Part shown: positions 1-10,873 of the stretch, in pieces
Position numbering within the stretch: the first letter of the stretch is position 1
How the letters are laid out: each line of letters opens with the position of its first letter
Sequence record: SRR22947727_980
Strand: one strand, 5' to 3'
Length of the DNA stretch: 64,000 nucleotides
Program-made: the position numbers and the translations under genes
The notes under the pieces: generated by a model
The model's input: the letters and a program-made list of their open reading frames with translations, nothing else
Told to the model about the DNA's origin: nothing
Databases searched by the model: none

Positions 1-526
1 AGGTTGGGAAGTTTGGTGTGATGGTATGGAGGTAAGTCAGTACACATATTTCCAACAGGTAGGAGGGCTCGAGCTTGATATTGTTTCAGGTGAGCTAACT
101 TATGGATTAGAACGTTTAGCTATGTATGTTCAAGGAGTTGATAATGTTTATGATCTTGTCTTTACAGAAGAAAATAAAATAAATGGTACTCCCAAAGTAT
201 TATATGGAGATATTTTCCATCAAAACGAAGTGCAACAATCTGCTTATAATTTTGAATATGCTGATACTTATAAAATTTTAGAGAAGTTTAAATTTGCTGA
301 AGAAGAGTGCATGGCGCTTCTTGAGCTTGATATTCCACTTCCTTTACCTGCATACGAACATGCTTTGAAGGCATCACATCTGTTTAATTTGCTTGATGCT
401 AGGGGCGTTGTTTCACCTACACAAAGGCAAGAATATATAAAACGTGTTAGAAATTTAACTAAAGCTTGCGCAAATTCTTATTTAAACAAAGAAAATAACA
501 CTAAAGAAAAAGCGTGGAAAAATTAA
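1..526 (+). CDS. glyQ: Glycine--tRNA ligase alpha subunit (5' truncated by window edge)
   Basis: [22 protein letters not shown] and [14 protein letters not shown] motifs; frame is open back to the window start; directly upstream of glyS. Confidence 0.97.
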   Translation, partial: GWEVWCDGMEVSQYTYFQQVGGLELDIVSGELTYGLERLAMYVQGVDNVYDLVFTEENKINGTPKVLYGDIFHQNEVQQSAYNFEYADTYKILEKFKFAEEECMALLELDIPLPLPAYEHALKASHLFNLLDARGVVSPTQRQEYIKRVRNLTKACANSYLNKENNTKEKAWKN

Positions 527-528
527 CA

Positions 529-2601
529 ATGGCCGAACTTTTTATTGAAATTTTCAGTGAGGAAATTCCAGCTAGAATGCAATTAAAAGCAGGAGAAAAT
601 TTTTCAACATTAATGGTCTCTGGTTTAAAAAAAGAGGGATTATTATGTGAAAAAGTAATTTATCATACAGGTCCAAGAAGATTAGTATTTAAAGCTGATA
701 TTCCACTCAAATCTCCAAATACTTTCGAAGAAAAGAAAGGTCCACGGGTTAATGCTCCAGAAAAAGCAATTGAAGGCTTTCTTCGTGGTGCGGGGCTGGC
801 TAAACTATCTGCTGCCAGCATAAAAACTGATAAAAAAAAGGGTGATTATTATTTTACTAAAATCGAAAGAAAAGGCCTAAGTAGTGACCAAATAGTTCCT
901 GAGATTTTAGTATCTATTATGAGTAATTTTCCTTGGCCTAAGTCAATGAAGTCTGGTGGATCCAGTTTTCGTTGGGTGAGACCTTTAAAGGGAATTATTT
1001 GTTTGATTGATGGTAAACTAATTGATTGTACTATCGATAATATAAGAACTAATAGAAAAACCGAAGGCCATCGAAGACATGGAAAAGGCCTTATTACTGT
1101 AAAAAACTTTTCTGATTATTGTCAAAAGATCGAAAGTGAGGGGCATGTAATGATTTCTCACCTTGATAGGAAAAATAAAATTTTTAATGATGCAAAAAGC
1201 ATTTGTGAGGTAAATGGCTTAGAATTGATTGAGGATGCATTGTTACTTGATGAAGTATCAGGCTTAGTTGAATGGCCTAATGTTATACTTGGTCACATGG
1301 ACCCCTTGTTTTTAAAGTTGCCCCCTGAAGTAATAAAACTATCTATGAGAACACATCAAAAATATTTTGCTGTTAAAGATCCATCTTCTGGAAATCTTTC
1401 CCCACATTTTATTGTGGTTTCAAATCAAACTGCTCCTGATGGAGGAGCAGAAATTGCAAAGGGTAATAGTAAAGTATTATCTGCAAGGCTCTCAGATGCT
1501 AAATTTTTTCAAAAAGAAGATATGAAATTTAATTTAGAAGATAACTATGCTAAATTAAATTCTATAGTTTTTCATAAAAAACTAGGATCTGTGCGAGATA
1601 AATCTGAGAGAGTTGTCTTGCTTGCAACTTCCATAGCGCCTTATTTTGATGCAGATCTCGAAATTGTTAAAAAAGCGGCTAAGTTAGCAAAATGTGACCT
1701 TGTAACAAATATGGTTATTGAGTTCACTAGTTTACAGGGCCAAATAGGTGCAATGTATTATGCTGCAGAGGGCGGCAACAAAGATATTGTGAAGGCGATT
1801 GAAGATCAATATAAGCCTCAAGGCCCCAGCGATAATGTTCCTAAAAATCCAGTAGCAATCGCATTAGCTCTAGCTGATAAAATTGATACCTTGCTCTGCT
1901 TTTGGGGAATAGAAGAGAAGCCGACAGGGTCTAAAGATCCATACGCTTTAAGAAGAGCGGCATTAGGAGTAGTGCGAATAATATTAGAAAATAAGTTAAA
2001 ATTAAATATTTCAAACATTTTGGAGATGGCAGTTTCATCTAGAGCTAATGCCGACCCGTGTTTGCCTGAACTTGATCCTTCAATTATTGATAGTCTTTTA
2101 TTTTTTATCATTGACCGATTTAAAGTTCATCTTCGCGATAATGGTTTGCGACAAGACTTAATCAATGCTGTTTTACAACTTGGTTTGGATGACCTTTTAT
2201 CTGCTTCGAATCGTATAAAGTCTTTGCAGTCATTCTTGTCTACTGAAGAGGGTATAAATTTGCTCTCTGTTTGTAAACGTTCTGGAAATATACTTAAAGC
2301 AGAGGAAAAAAAGGGTGAACTGCCCTACGGCGATGTTGACACATTGACGCACAAGAGATCAGTTGAGTTATTAAATGCATTAATTCAAGCAAGAAAGAAC
2401 ATAGTTTTAGAAATGAGAAATGAATCATATTCTATGGCTATGACAGCGCTGTCTAACTTACGAAAACCAATAGACCTTTTCTTCGATGAAGTTAAGGTAA
2501 ATGATGAAAATCTAGATATACGTGCAAACAACCTTAGACTTTTAATCATGATACGTGATACTGCGCTAGAAATAGCTGATTTTGATGCTATTACGGGTTA
2601 A
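529..2601 (+). CDS. glyS: Glycine--tRNA ligase beta subunit
   Basis: MAELFIEIFSEEIPARMQ N-terminus, ARLSDAKFF, PTGSKDPYALRRAALG; ATG at 529 preferred over GTG at 514. Confidence 0.96.
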   Translation: MAELFIEIFSEEIPARMQLKAGENFSTLMVSGLKKEGLLCEKVIYHTGPRRLVFKADIPLKSPNTFEEKKGPRVNAPEKAIEGFLRGAGLAKLSAASIKTDKKKGDYYFTKIERKGLSSDQIVPEILVSIMSNFPWPKSMKSGGSSFRWVRPLKGIICLIDGKLIDCTIDNIRTNRKTEGHRRHGKGLITVKNFSDYCQKIESEGHVMISHLDRKNKIFNDAKSICEVNGLELIEDALLLDEVSGLVEWPNVILGHMDPLFLKLPPEVIKLSMRTHQKYFAVKDPSSGNLSPHFIVVSNQTAPDGGAEIAKGNSKVLSARLSDAKFFQKEDMKFNLEDNYAKLNSIVFHKKLGSVRDKSERVVLLATSIAPYFDADLEIVKKAAKLAKCDLVTNMVIEFTSLQGQIGAMYYAAEGGNKDIVKAIEDQYKPQGPSDNVPKNPVAIALALADKIDTLLCFWGIEEKPTGSKDPYALRRAALGVVRIILENKLKLNISNILEMAVSSRANADPCLPELDPSIIDSLLFFIIDRFKVHLRDNGLRQDLINAVLQLGLDDLLSASNRIKSLQSFLSTEEGINLLSVCKRSGNILKAEEKKGELPYGDVDTLTHKRSVELLNALIQARKNIVLEMRNESYSMAMTALSNLRKPIDLFFDEVKVNDENLDIRANNLRLLIMIRDTALEIADFDAITG

Positions 2602-2621
2602 ACTATAGGGATCATCGTTCA

Positions 2622-5276
2622 ATGACAAAATGGGTTTATTCTTTCGGCGGAGGACAAGCTGAAGGAAGTACAGCGATGAAAAATTTACTTGGCGGTAAGG
2701 GAGCCAATTTAGCTGAAATGGCCTCTCTTGGATTGCAAGTCCCCCCAGGTTTTACGCTATCTACAGATGTGTGTACTAGTTTCTATGATAATGGTAATAA
2801 ATACCCCGATGAACTTAATGTTCAAACTGATGAGGCATTGAACACTATAGAAAAAATAACTGGTAAAATATTCGGAAGTAACTCAAACCCTTTATTACTA
2901 TCTGTACGTTCAGGTGCTAGAGCATCAATGCCAGGTATGATGGATACAGTTTTGAACCTTGGATTAAATGATGAAACAGTTGAAGGTTTAGCAAAACTTT
3001 CAGGTGATAGACGTTTTGCGCTTGATAGCTATAGACGTTTTATCACTATGTACTCTGATGTTGTATTAGGTCTACACCACCATACATTTGAAGATATATT
3101 GGAAATTCATAAAGATAATCAAGGTTACAATCTTGATACAGAGCTTACTGCTGATGATTGGTCAATTATAATAGATAAATATAAAGCTGCTGTTGAACGT
3201 GAGTTAGGATACTGCTTCCCTCAGGACCCTAGGGAGCAATTGCAAGGAGCTATTGATGCTGTTTTTGGGAGTTGGATGAATGAACGTGCAGTAGTATACC
3301 GTCGACTTAATAGTATACCAGCTGCGTGGGGAACAGCAGTGAATGTCCAAGCAATGGTATTTGGAAATATGGGTGAGACGTCAGCAACTGGTGTAGCTTT
3401 TACTCGGAATCCATCTACTGGAGAAAAAAGTTATTATGGTGAGTTTTTAATAAACGCCCAAGGCGAGGATGTGGTAGCTGGTATAAGAACTCCACAAGCC
3501 TTAACCAAGAAGGCTCGTTTAGAGATGGGTGATGATATTCCGTCTATGGAAGAGTCTTTGCCAGCAGTATTTTTAGAGCTTTCCAAAACCTTTGAAAGAC
3601 TAGAAAATCATTATAAAGATATGCAAGATATTGAATTTACAGTTGAGAGAGGTCAACTTTGGATTCTTCAGACACGCTTAGGTAAAAGAACTGCGAAAGC
3701 TGCATTTAAAATAGCTGTCGATATGGCAATAGCAGGACAAATTTCAAGTGATGACGCATTACTACGTATTGACCCTCTATCATTGGACCAACTGTTACAC
3801 CCTACACTTGATCCAAATGCAAAACGAGATCTCCTCACCATGGGTTTGCCTGCATCTCCTGGAGCAGCCATTGGGGAGGTAGTATTTGATTCTGATGAAG
3901 CTGAAGAGTTAAAAAAAGCAGGAAAAAAGGTTATATTAGTTAGGACAGAAACTAGTCCAGAGGACATTCATGGAATGCATGCTGCTGAAGCCATTATCAC
4001 TTCAAGAGGTGGGATGACATCTCATGCTGCTGTTGTTGCGAGGGGTATGGGTAGACCATGTGTTTCCGGAGCGGGAGATATTCGTATTGACTATGAATCT
4101 CAAAAGTTTGTTGTTATGAATAGGGTTGTTAAAAGAGGAGATACTTTAACAATTGACGGGGCAACAGGTCAAGTATTTGTTGGTTCGGTTGATATGATGC
4201 AACCAGAATTATCTGAAGATTTCTCAAAGATTATGGCTTGGGCAGATACCGCTAGAACCCTTCAAATAAGGGCCAATGCAGAAACTCCCTTGGATGTTAA
4301 AACTGCTAAAGATTTTGGTGCTGAAGGAATCGGTTTATGCAGAACAGAGCATATGTTTTTTGAAGAAAGTCGATTAGCACATTTTCGTGAAATGATTTTA
4401 GCGTCTGATAAAAAAGGAAGAGAGGATGCATTAGCAAAAATTTTACCAGTTCAGCGCGAAGATTTTGCTGCTATATTCAGAATAATGGAGGGTCGTCCAT
4501 GTACTATTAGGTTGTTGGATCCCCCTTTGCATGAATTCTTACCACATACAGAAGAAGATATTGTATTAGTTGCTAAGTCCATAGGGGTAACAGCAAAAGA
4601 ACTTATGTTGCGAGCTAGGGAACTTGCGGAAACTAATCCTATGTTGGGTCATCGAGGCTGCAGACTTGGGATATCATATCCTGAAATTTATGAGATGCAG
4701 GCTAGGGCAATATTTGAGGCTCAAATAATAGTTGAGGGTGAAACCGGACAGAAACCTAATGCGGAAATAATGATACCGTTAGTTTCTTCACCTGAAGAAT
4801 TAGAAATTTTATGCAAAGTCATCAAAAGTTTAGCTGATAAGATTGATGCTAAAAACTATTCAATAGGCACAATGATTGAATTGCCAAGAGCAGCTTTGTT
4901 AGCAGACGAAATAGCTAATCATGCAGAATTCTTTAGCTTTGGAACAAATGACCTTACTCAAACAACTTATGGCCTTTCACGTGATGATGCGGGTAAGTTT
5001 TTACCAGATTATGTAAGGCAGGGTATTATTGAAAAAGATCCTTTTGTTACACTTGATAAAGCTGGGGTTGGTCAATTAATTAATATTGCCTCTTCGAAGG
5101 GAAGAAAAACAAGAAATGATATTAAATTAGGTATTTGTGGTGAGCATGGGGGAGACCCCTCTTCAATAGAATTTTGTCACAACCTTGGCTTAGATTATGT
5201 CTCTTGTTCACCTTATCGTGTTCCGATTGCAAGGCTAGCAGCAGCTCAAGCAGCTATATTATCAAAGAGAGTATAG
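2622..5276 (+). CDS. ppdK: Pyruvate, phosphate dikinase
   Basis: LLGGKGANLAEM, SVRSGARASMPGMMDT, GGMTSHAAVVARG (phospho-His), GICGEHGG; conserved glyQS-ppdK order. Confidence 0.98.
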   Translation: MTKWVYSFGGGQAEGSTAMKNLLGGKGANLAEMASLGLQVPPGFTLSTDVCTSFYDNGNKYPDELNVQTDEALNTIEKITGKIFGSNSNPLLLSVRSGARASMPGMMDTVLNLGLNDETVEGLAKLSGDRRFALDSYRRFITMYSDVVLGLHHHTFEDILEIHKDNQGYNLDTELTADDWSIIIDKYKAAVERELGYCFPQDPREQLQGAIDAVFGSWMNERAVVYRRLNSIPAAWGTAVNVQAMVFGNMGETSATGVAFTRNPSTGEKSYYGEFLINAQGEDVVAGIRTPQALTKKARLEMGDDIPSMEESLPAVFLELSKTFERLENHYKDMQDIEFTVERGQLWILQTRLGKRTAKAAFKIAVDMAIAGQISSDDALLRIDPLSLDQLLHPTLDPNAKRDLLTMGLPASPGAAIGEVVFDSDEAEELKKAGKKVILVRTETSPEDIHGMHAAEAIITSRGGMTSHAAVVARGMGRPCVSGAGDIRIDYESQKFVVMNRVVKRGDTLTIDGATGQVFVGSVDMMQPELSEDFSKIMAWADTARTLQIRANAETPLDVKTAKDFGAEGIGLCRTEHMFFEESRLAHFREMILASDKKGREDALAKILPVQREDFAAIFRIMEGRPCTIRLLDPPLHEFLPHTEEDIVLVAKSIGVTAKELMLRARELAETNPMLGHRGCRLGISYPEIYEMQARAIFEAQIIVEGETGQKPNAEIMIPLVSSPEELEILCKVIKSLADKIDAKNYSIGTMIELPRAALLADEIANHAEFFSFGTNDLTQTTYGLSRDDAGKFLPDYVRQGIIEKDPFVTLDKAGVGQLINIASSKGRKTRNDIKLGICGEHGGDPSSIEFCHNLGLDYVSCSPYRVPIARLAAAQAAILSKRV

Positions 5277-5333
5277 ATTTTTTTTGTATTATTTTTTAAA
5301 CTGTAATTTTATTGTTGAGCTTAAGGAAACTAT

Positions 5334-5984
5334 ATGAAATTAAAAAGCACCATCGTTATTAGTTGGGCTATTGTGGTAACTTGTTTCATTGTTGCCTTTT
5401 GTACATTTCCTATAATATCAAATAATGCTTTGCAAAAAAAAGAAAAAAATTCATGGGCAATTAAAGCAAAATCATTTCAAGATAAAAATTACTTAAGTAA
5501 TAAATATAAAAAAAGTAATAATCCTGATAGTTATTCAAATCATCAAAGAGAATATCTGTATAATTATAAAACAGAAATTAATCAGCACAAATGTTTGTCC
5601 GAGGCCATTTATTATGAGGCAAGATCAGAAAGTGAAATTGGACAAAAAGCTGTTGCAGAGGTAATCGTAAATAGAGTAAAATCTAAGCATTTTCCAAATA
5701 CTATATGTGAAGTTGTTTATCAGGGATCACACCGTAAGACAGGGTGTCAATTTAGTTTTACATGTGATGGTTCAATTTCTAGTGAATTGGACAAAAAAAA
5801 TTGGGAAAGATCCCAAAATGTAGCGAAATTAGTAATGATGGGTGGAGTTAGGCCATTTACTGAAATTTCAACACATTATCATACAATAGATATCAGTCCT
5901 CCTTGGATAGATGATTTGCGACCAACAATGAAAATAGGAAGTCATATGTTTTATCGGTTTAAATTCCGAGAAATATCTGATTAA
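5334..5984 (+). CDS. SleB/Hydrolase_2 family cell wall hydrolase
   Basis: CLSEAIYYEARSE, VIVNRV, TICEVVYQG, CQFSFTCDG, KIGSHMFY; N-terminal TM segment. Confidence 0.9.
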   Translation: MKLKSTIVISWAIVVTCFIVAFCTFPIISNNALQKKEKNSWAIKAKSFQDKNYLSNKYKKSNNPDSYSNHQREYLYNYKTEINQHKCLSEAIYYEARSESEIGQKAVAEVIVNRVKSKHFPNTICEVVYQGSHRKTGCQFSFTCDGSISSELDKKNWERSQNVAKLVMMGGVRPFTEISTHYHTIDISPPWIDDLRPTMKIGSHMFYRFKFREISD

Positions 5985-6094
5985 TATTATCAAGTGTAAA
6001 CTTTATTTATTCTTAAATTCATAAACTTTTCATTGCTAAAACAAACCAGTTATATAAATCCTTGATTTAAAGTAACTTTTCAAAGAACAATATT

Positions 6095-7246
6095 ATGAAT
6101 TCTTATTCACCATTTAAATTTTTTATTTATCTAATTATTATTGGTACAATTTCACAAGGATGTAGAGAAAGCGTTCATGATGATTCTAAGGCTTCTATTA
6201 GCTTAGTTCGTGGTGATGTGGAAATTATGCCCATGCCTTCAAAGGCTCTTCCAGAAACGATTAATAGGTTAAGTTTTGGGTCATGTCTATCAGAGAAAGA
6301 AGACCAGTCAATTTGGACTACTATTGCTGACGAAAAACCTGATGCTTTTATTTTTATGGGTGATAATGTTTATGGTGATGCTTATTATAAAGACCCTGCT
6401 TTTGATGATCCTGAGATGCCTAAAATGCAGGCCGCCTATTATGAATTGGCACAAAGTAGCCATTTTAAAAAATTTCGAAACCAAGTTCCTGTAATTCCAA
6501 TATGGGATGATCATGATTATGGAGTAAATGATGGTGGAGCGTCTTATAAATTTAAAGAAGAATCTAAAAAACTATTTTTAAAAGCTTGGAATATTCCATC
6601 TGATGATGTGCGTTATCAAAGACCGGGTATTTATTCTTCAAAAATATTAGGCCAAAAAGGGCAAAAAATCCAAATCATAATGCTCGATACCAGAAGTTTT
6701 AGAACAGAATTAAAGGCAACGGATCAATATAACGCCCCAGGAAAAGAAAGATATATTCCTTCGACTTCATCGGAAGGAACATTACTTGGATTAGAACAGT
6801 GGGCATGGCTTGAGGAACAACTTGAAAAGCCTGCTGACTTACGTATTCTTGTAAGCACAATTCAAGTAATTGCTGACGGACATGGTTGGGAAGCATGGAG
6901 AACCATGCCGTCTGAAAGAAACAAGCTGTATCAATTAATCAAAGATAAAAATGCTGAAAATTTGATTATTCTTTCTGGTGATAGGCATGCTGGCGCATTC
7001 TATGAACGCAACGATCTAGCCCCTTTTAAAATCCATGAGGTAACCTCGTCATCGTTAAATTTACCTGGGAGTTACTGGCGGTCAAAAAATAACGATACGA
7101 GTATAGAACTAGGACCTTACCGTACTACTCCGATGCAGTATGAACCTAACTATGGTTTGATGGATATTGATTGGAATAATAGGCTAGCTCGCGTGAGCCT
7201 TGTAAGTCCTGGTAATATAAATTTTGATAAAGAAATTAGTTTTTAG
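6095..7246 (+). CDS. phoD: PhoD-like alkaline phosphatase / phosphodiesterase, probable lipoprotein
   Basis: FGSC, MGDNVYGD, WDDHDYG, LDTRSFR, LSGDRH motifs; hydrophobic N-terminus ending in SQGC. Confidence 0.85.
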   Translation: MNSYSPFKFFIYLIIIGTISQGCRESVHDDSKASISLVRGDVEIMPMPSKALPETINRLSFGSCLSEKEDQSIWTTIADEKPDAFIFMGDNVYGDAYYKDPAFDDPEMPKMQAAYYELAQSSHFKKFRNQVPVIPIWDDHDYGVNDGGASYKFKEESKKLFLKAWNIPSDDVRYQRPGIYSSKILGQKGQKIQIIMLDTRSFRTELKATDQYNAPGKERYIPSTSSEGTLLGLEQWAWLEEQLEKPADLRILVSTIQVIADGHGWEAWRTMPSERNKLYQLIKDKNAENLIILSGDRHAGAFYERNDLAPFKIHEVTSSSLNLPGSYWRSKNNDTSIELGPYRTTPMQYEPNYGLMDIDWNNRLARVSLVSPGNINFDKEISF

Positions 7247-8106
7247 TTTGTATCCATTCCTAAATCAAAGTTTTGAGGACTATGCGTTAGGGAACCTATT
7301 GAAATTATATCAACTCCAGTTTTGCTTATTTCCTCTATTGTACTTAGATTAATATTGCCAGAAGCTTCAATTTTTGGAGAATAGCCATCGTATGATTTGA
7401 TAATTTTTACTGCATGGGACAAATCTTCTATACTCATATTGTCTAATAGAATGACATCGGGACTATACTTCAGAACTACTTCCAATTGATCTATGGTATC
7501 TACTTCAACATTGATATGTGCCATATGGTCTGCTTTTTTGTTTAAAGTATTTAAAGCGTTTTCTATACCACCAGAAAAAGCAATATGATTGTCTTTTATC
7601 ATTATACTTGATGATAGACTTCCACGATGAGTAAAGCCTCCGCCAGCTAATACTGCTTGTTTCTCTAGTGCTCTCAAACCTGGTGTTGTTTTTCTTGTGG
7701 CTGCAATTCTTGTATTTGTGCCTTTTACAATAGCTACATATTTGGCTGTCAACGTTGCTATTCCTGACAACCTACCCATGAAATTTAAAGCAATTCTTTC
7801 ACCTGCCAATAAAGAAAGGGCGGAACCTTCTATGACGGCAATTATATCACCTTTTTTAACAGAGTATGAATCTTTTAATATAGTGGTAAACTTTACACTG
7901 CTATCTATTAATTCGTATGTCATTTTTGCGGGCTGTATTCCCGAAATAATACCGTCAGAACGCGACCTTAAATATAACTTATTTTGAGCTGACTTTGGCA
8001 CTAATAATGATGATGTAATATCGCCATAATTACCGAAGTCTTCGTTAAGCGCTAAGCGTACTATTGGTTCAATTATTGAAGGAGGAATGTTTAAGTTATT
8101 TTTCAT
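7243..8106 (-). CDS. nadC: Nicotinate-nucleotide pyrophosphorylase (quinolinate phosphoribosyltransferase)
   Basis: ATRKTTPGLRALEK, MIKDNH, ILLDNM, EASGNI, SIGSLTHS. Confidence 0.97.
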   Translation of the reverse strand: MKNNLNIPPSIIEPIVRLALNEDFGNYGDITSSLLVPKSAQNKLYLRSRSDGIISGIQPAKMTYELIDSSVKFTTILKDSYSVKKGDIIAVIEGSALSLLAGERIALNFMGRLSGIATLTAKYVAIVKGTNTRIAATRKTTPGLRALEKQAVLAGGGFTHRGSLSSSIMIKDNHIAFSGGIENALNTLNKKADHMAHINVEVDTIDQLEVVLKYSPDVILLDNMSIEDLSHAVKIIKSYDGYSPKIEASGNINLSTIEEISKTGVDIISIGSLTHSPQNFDLGMDTN

Positions 8107-8108
8107 TA

Positions 8109-9635
8109 TTAATCCAACATATCGTAAGTTATGTAGCTTGAATATGCATTCTTTTCTGTAAAATTGAAATCATCCCGGTAATGAGCACCACGACATTCAT
8201 TTCTCGCTAAAGCGGATGATGCTATCATTTTAGACGCTACTAGTGGATTAGCAGGTCCAACTTTTTCTATTAAGTAATTTATATGATTAATTAGCATATT
8301 TAATTTTTTTCCGTTTCTCTGTACGCCACAGTTCAATGTCATGGATTTTCTTAAAGAGTGACTTATTTCTTTTCCCATTGATAGCCATGGCTGCGATTTT
8401 ATTTTTTGTGATACTTTTTCTGTCCAATTTTTTCCATTTATATATATTGCTGCTCGCTCTCCGAATACGATTGCTTCAAGTAGAGAATTACTTGCAAGTC
8501 GATTGGCACCGTGAACCCCTACAGCACTACATTCCCCAACCGCCAAAAGCCCATTTAGATTAGTCTGTCCATAACTATCTGTAGCTATACCTCCCATGTG
8601 GTAGTGAACTGCTGGTGCAATTGGTATTAATTGATTTCTAGGGTCTATTCCCGCATTCATACAACTGTCAAAAACAGTTGGAAAATCGACTGGAAATTTA
8701 TTACCTATAGCTTTTCTGCAATCTAAAAATGTTTGTTTACCAGACTCGATTTCTAAAAAAATAGACCTTGCTACATCATCCCGTGGTGCTAGCTCACCTT
8801 TTTTATGATATTTGTCCATAAAACGAATGCCATTGGAGTCAGTTAAAACAGCCCCTTTTCCTCTTAGTGCTTCTGTCGCTAGAGGTGCTGGATCGCGACC
8901 TATATCAATAGCTGTGGGGTGAAATTGAACAAACTCTAAGTCACGCATTTGTGCACCAACCACTGCTGCCATGCCTAATGCATCTCCTCTTGCTGTCCTC
9001 GGGTTAGTGGTAACTGAGAATAGTCCACCAATACCACCGGTGGCTAAAACAGTAATATCAGCCTCAATACTTAGAAGTGAGCCATCATCTCTTCTTGCTA
9101 GAGTTCCTGCTATTCCCCCGTTAATATCAGTTAGTAGACTTTCTGCTCGCCAGCCAATAATCCCCGTAATGTGTTTTGCTTCTTGAGCTCGAGCTACCAT
9201 TACTTTGATGATTTCTGCTCCAGTTGTATCACCCTTAACTCTTGCAACTCGCGCTATAGAGTGAGCTGCCTCCAAAGAAAGAGAGAGTTCTCCGTGGCTA
9301 TTTTTATCGAATGGTACGCCAAGAACGCTTAAATCATGAACGCAGCTAGGTCCCTCTGAAGCAAGTATTTTTGCTATTTCTGGATCTACCAACCCATCAC
9401 CAGCTTTAATTGTATCTTTTATATGAAGTTCTACGGAGTCATTTTTTGATAAAGCAGCTGCTATTCCTCCTTGAGCCCATGCTGAAGCTGCTCCTTTAGA
9501 TGAGCGTTTTGAAGTCAGTACATAAACTTTTCTTGGAAATAACTTTAGAGCTAAATAGAGCCCAGCAAGACCAGCGCCAATTACTAAAACGGAACCACTA
9601 GGTAATCTCTTTGACTCATAACTACCAGATACCAC
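8109..9635 (-). CDS. nadB: L-aspartate oxidase
   Basis: IGAGLAGL, SAWAQGGIAAA, EFVQFHPT, HYHMGG, GVHGANRLASNSLLE; lies between nadA and nadC. Confidence 0.96.
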   Translation of the reverse strand: MVSGSYESKRLPSGSVLVIGAGLAGLYLALKLFPRKVYVLTSKRSSKGAASAWAQGGIAAALSKNDSVELHIKDTIKAGDGLVDPEIAKILASEGPSCVHDLSVLGVPFDKNSHGELSLSLEAAHSIARVARVKGDTTGAEIIKVMVARAQEAKHITGIIGWRAESLLTDINGGIAGTLARRDDGSLLSIEADITVLATGGIGGLFSVTTNPRTARGDALGMAAVVGAQMRDLEFVQFHPTAIDIGRDPAPLATEALRGKGAVLTDSNGIRFMDKYHKKGELAPRDDVARSIFLEIESGKQTFLDCRKAIGNKFPVDFPTVFDSCMNAGIDPRNQLIPIAPAVHYHMGGIATDSYGQTNLNGLLAVGECSAVGVHGANRLASNSLLEAIVFGERAAIYINGKNWTEKVSQKIKSQPWLSMGKEISHSLRKSMTLNCGVQRNGKKLNMLINHINYLIEKVGPANPLVASKMIASSALARNECRGAHYRDDFNFTEKNAYSSYITYDMLD

Positions 9636-9638
9636 TTC

Positions 9639-10799
9639 TTAAATGACCTTAACGTTAGTTTCAGATAAATTAGGATTAAAGTGTCCCTTAATTGGATCAA
9701 AATCAACATTAATCATATCCATAACTGCTTTATGAGCTTTTTTTCTTTGCGTTTCTGGCAGAGTAATTTCATATTTTTCATCGCTGAGGCATTCATATAT
9801 GTTTTCTAATGTAATTCTTTTCATATGAGGACAAAGGTTACATGGGCGAACAAACTTAGTTTCGGGATTATGCATAGCAACGTTATCGGACATTGAGCAT
9901 TCAGTAAGTAGTATAACGTTTTTTGGTTTATTTTTTGATACATAGTCACTCATAGCTTTTGTAGATCCAGTAAAATCTGACTCCGAAACTACATCGGGAG
10001 GACATTCTGGGTGTGCTAAAACAACAACGCCAGGGTTTTCTGCTCGCATATCTTTAATATCATTCGAAGAAAATCTTGCATGAACTTCACAACGACCATG
10101 CCATGCGATAACTTCTATTGGAGTTTGCTTGGCTACATTTTTAGCTAAATATTCATCCGGTAGCATTATAACTGTATCAACATTCCATTTTTTTGCAATG
10201 TATTCAACAATTGCTACTGCATTAGATGATGTGCAGCAAATATCGGATTCTGCTTTCACGTCTGCTGATGTGTTGACGTAAGTAACCACTGGAAGACCTG
10301 GATATTTTTCTTTAATCAGTTTTACATCATCGCCTGTAATCGAGGACGCAAGAGAACACCCTGCTCGTAAGGAGGGTATAAGTATTCGCTTTTTAGGGCA
10401 TAAAATTTTAGAGGTTTCCGCCATGAAATGGACCCCTCCTTGAACTATTATATCAGCGTTTGTTTTTGTGGCTTCAATTGCTAATCCTAAGCTATCACCA
10501 GTATAATCTCCGATGAGACCAAAGATATCTGGAGTCATGTAATTGTGCGCTAATACAACAGCATTTTTATCTTTTTTTAATGCATTTATTGCATGCACTA
10601 ATGGCGCATATGCTGGCCATTCAAACTTAGGAATGAAATTCGATACATCAGCATATAGATGATCTGTTGATAATTTTACCTCATCATTATAATCTAATTT
10701 ATATTTTATGTCAGACGGTAAAGCACAAACTCCATTTTCAACTTCTAGGGTCTGGCCTATCCAGCGGCCATTTTCCCAGTTGTTGAGTTTTTTTTCCAT
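9639..10799 (-). CDS. nadA: Quinolinate synthase
   Basis: VLAHNYM, GDSLGLA, VHFMAETSK, AGCSLA, YVNTSA, AHPEC, CNLCPHMK. Confidence 0.97.
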   Translation of the reverse strand: MEKKLNNWENGRWIGQTLEVENGVCALPSDIKYKLDYNDEVKLSTDHLYADVSNFIPKFEWPAYAPLVHAINALKKDKNAVVLAHNYMTPDIFGLIGDYTGDSLGLAIEATKTNADIIVQGGVHFMAETSKILCPKKRILIPSLRAGCSLASSITGDDVKLIKEKYPGLPVVTYVNTSADVKAESDICCTSSNAVAIVEYIAKKWNVDTVIMLPDEYLAKNVAKQTPIEVIAWHGRCEVHARFSSNDIKDMRAENPGVVVLAHPECPPDVVSESDFTGSTKAMSDYVSKNKPKNVILLTECSMSDNVAMHNPETKFVRPCNLCPHMKRITLENIYECLSDEKYEITLPETQRKKAHKAVMDMINVDFDPIKGHFNPNLSETNVKVI

Positions 10800-10873
10800 T
10801 TTATACTCCTATTTTCTAATGCCCTATAAAGGTGATAAGTATTTATAGCCAACATTTAATAAGATAATTGTAA

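Noticed and set aside
10801-10821. TTATACTC resembling a half-site of the NadQ operator as I recall it
   Set aside because: The second half-site is absent and the match coincides with the nadA ribosome-binding site (AGGAG on the minus strand).
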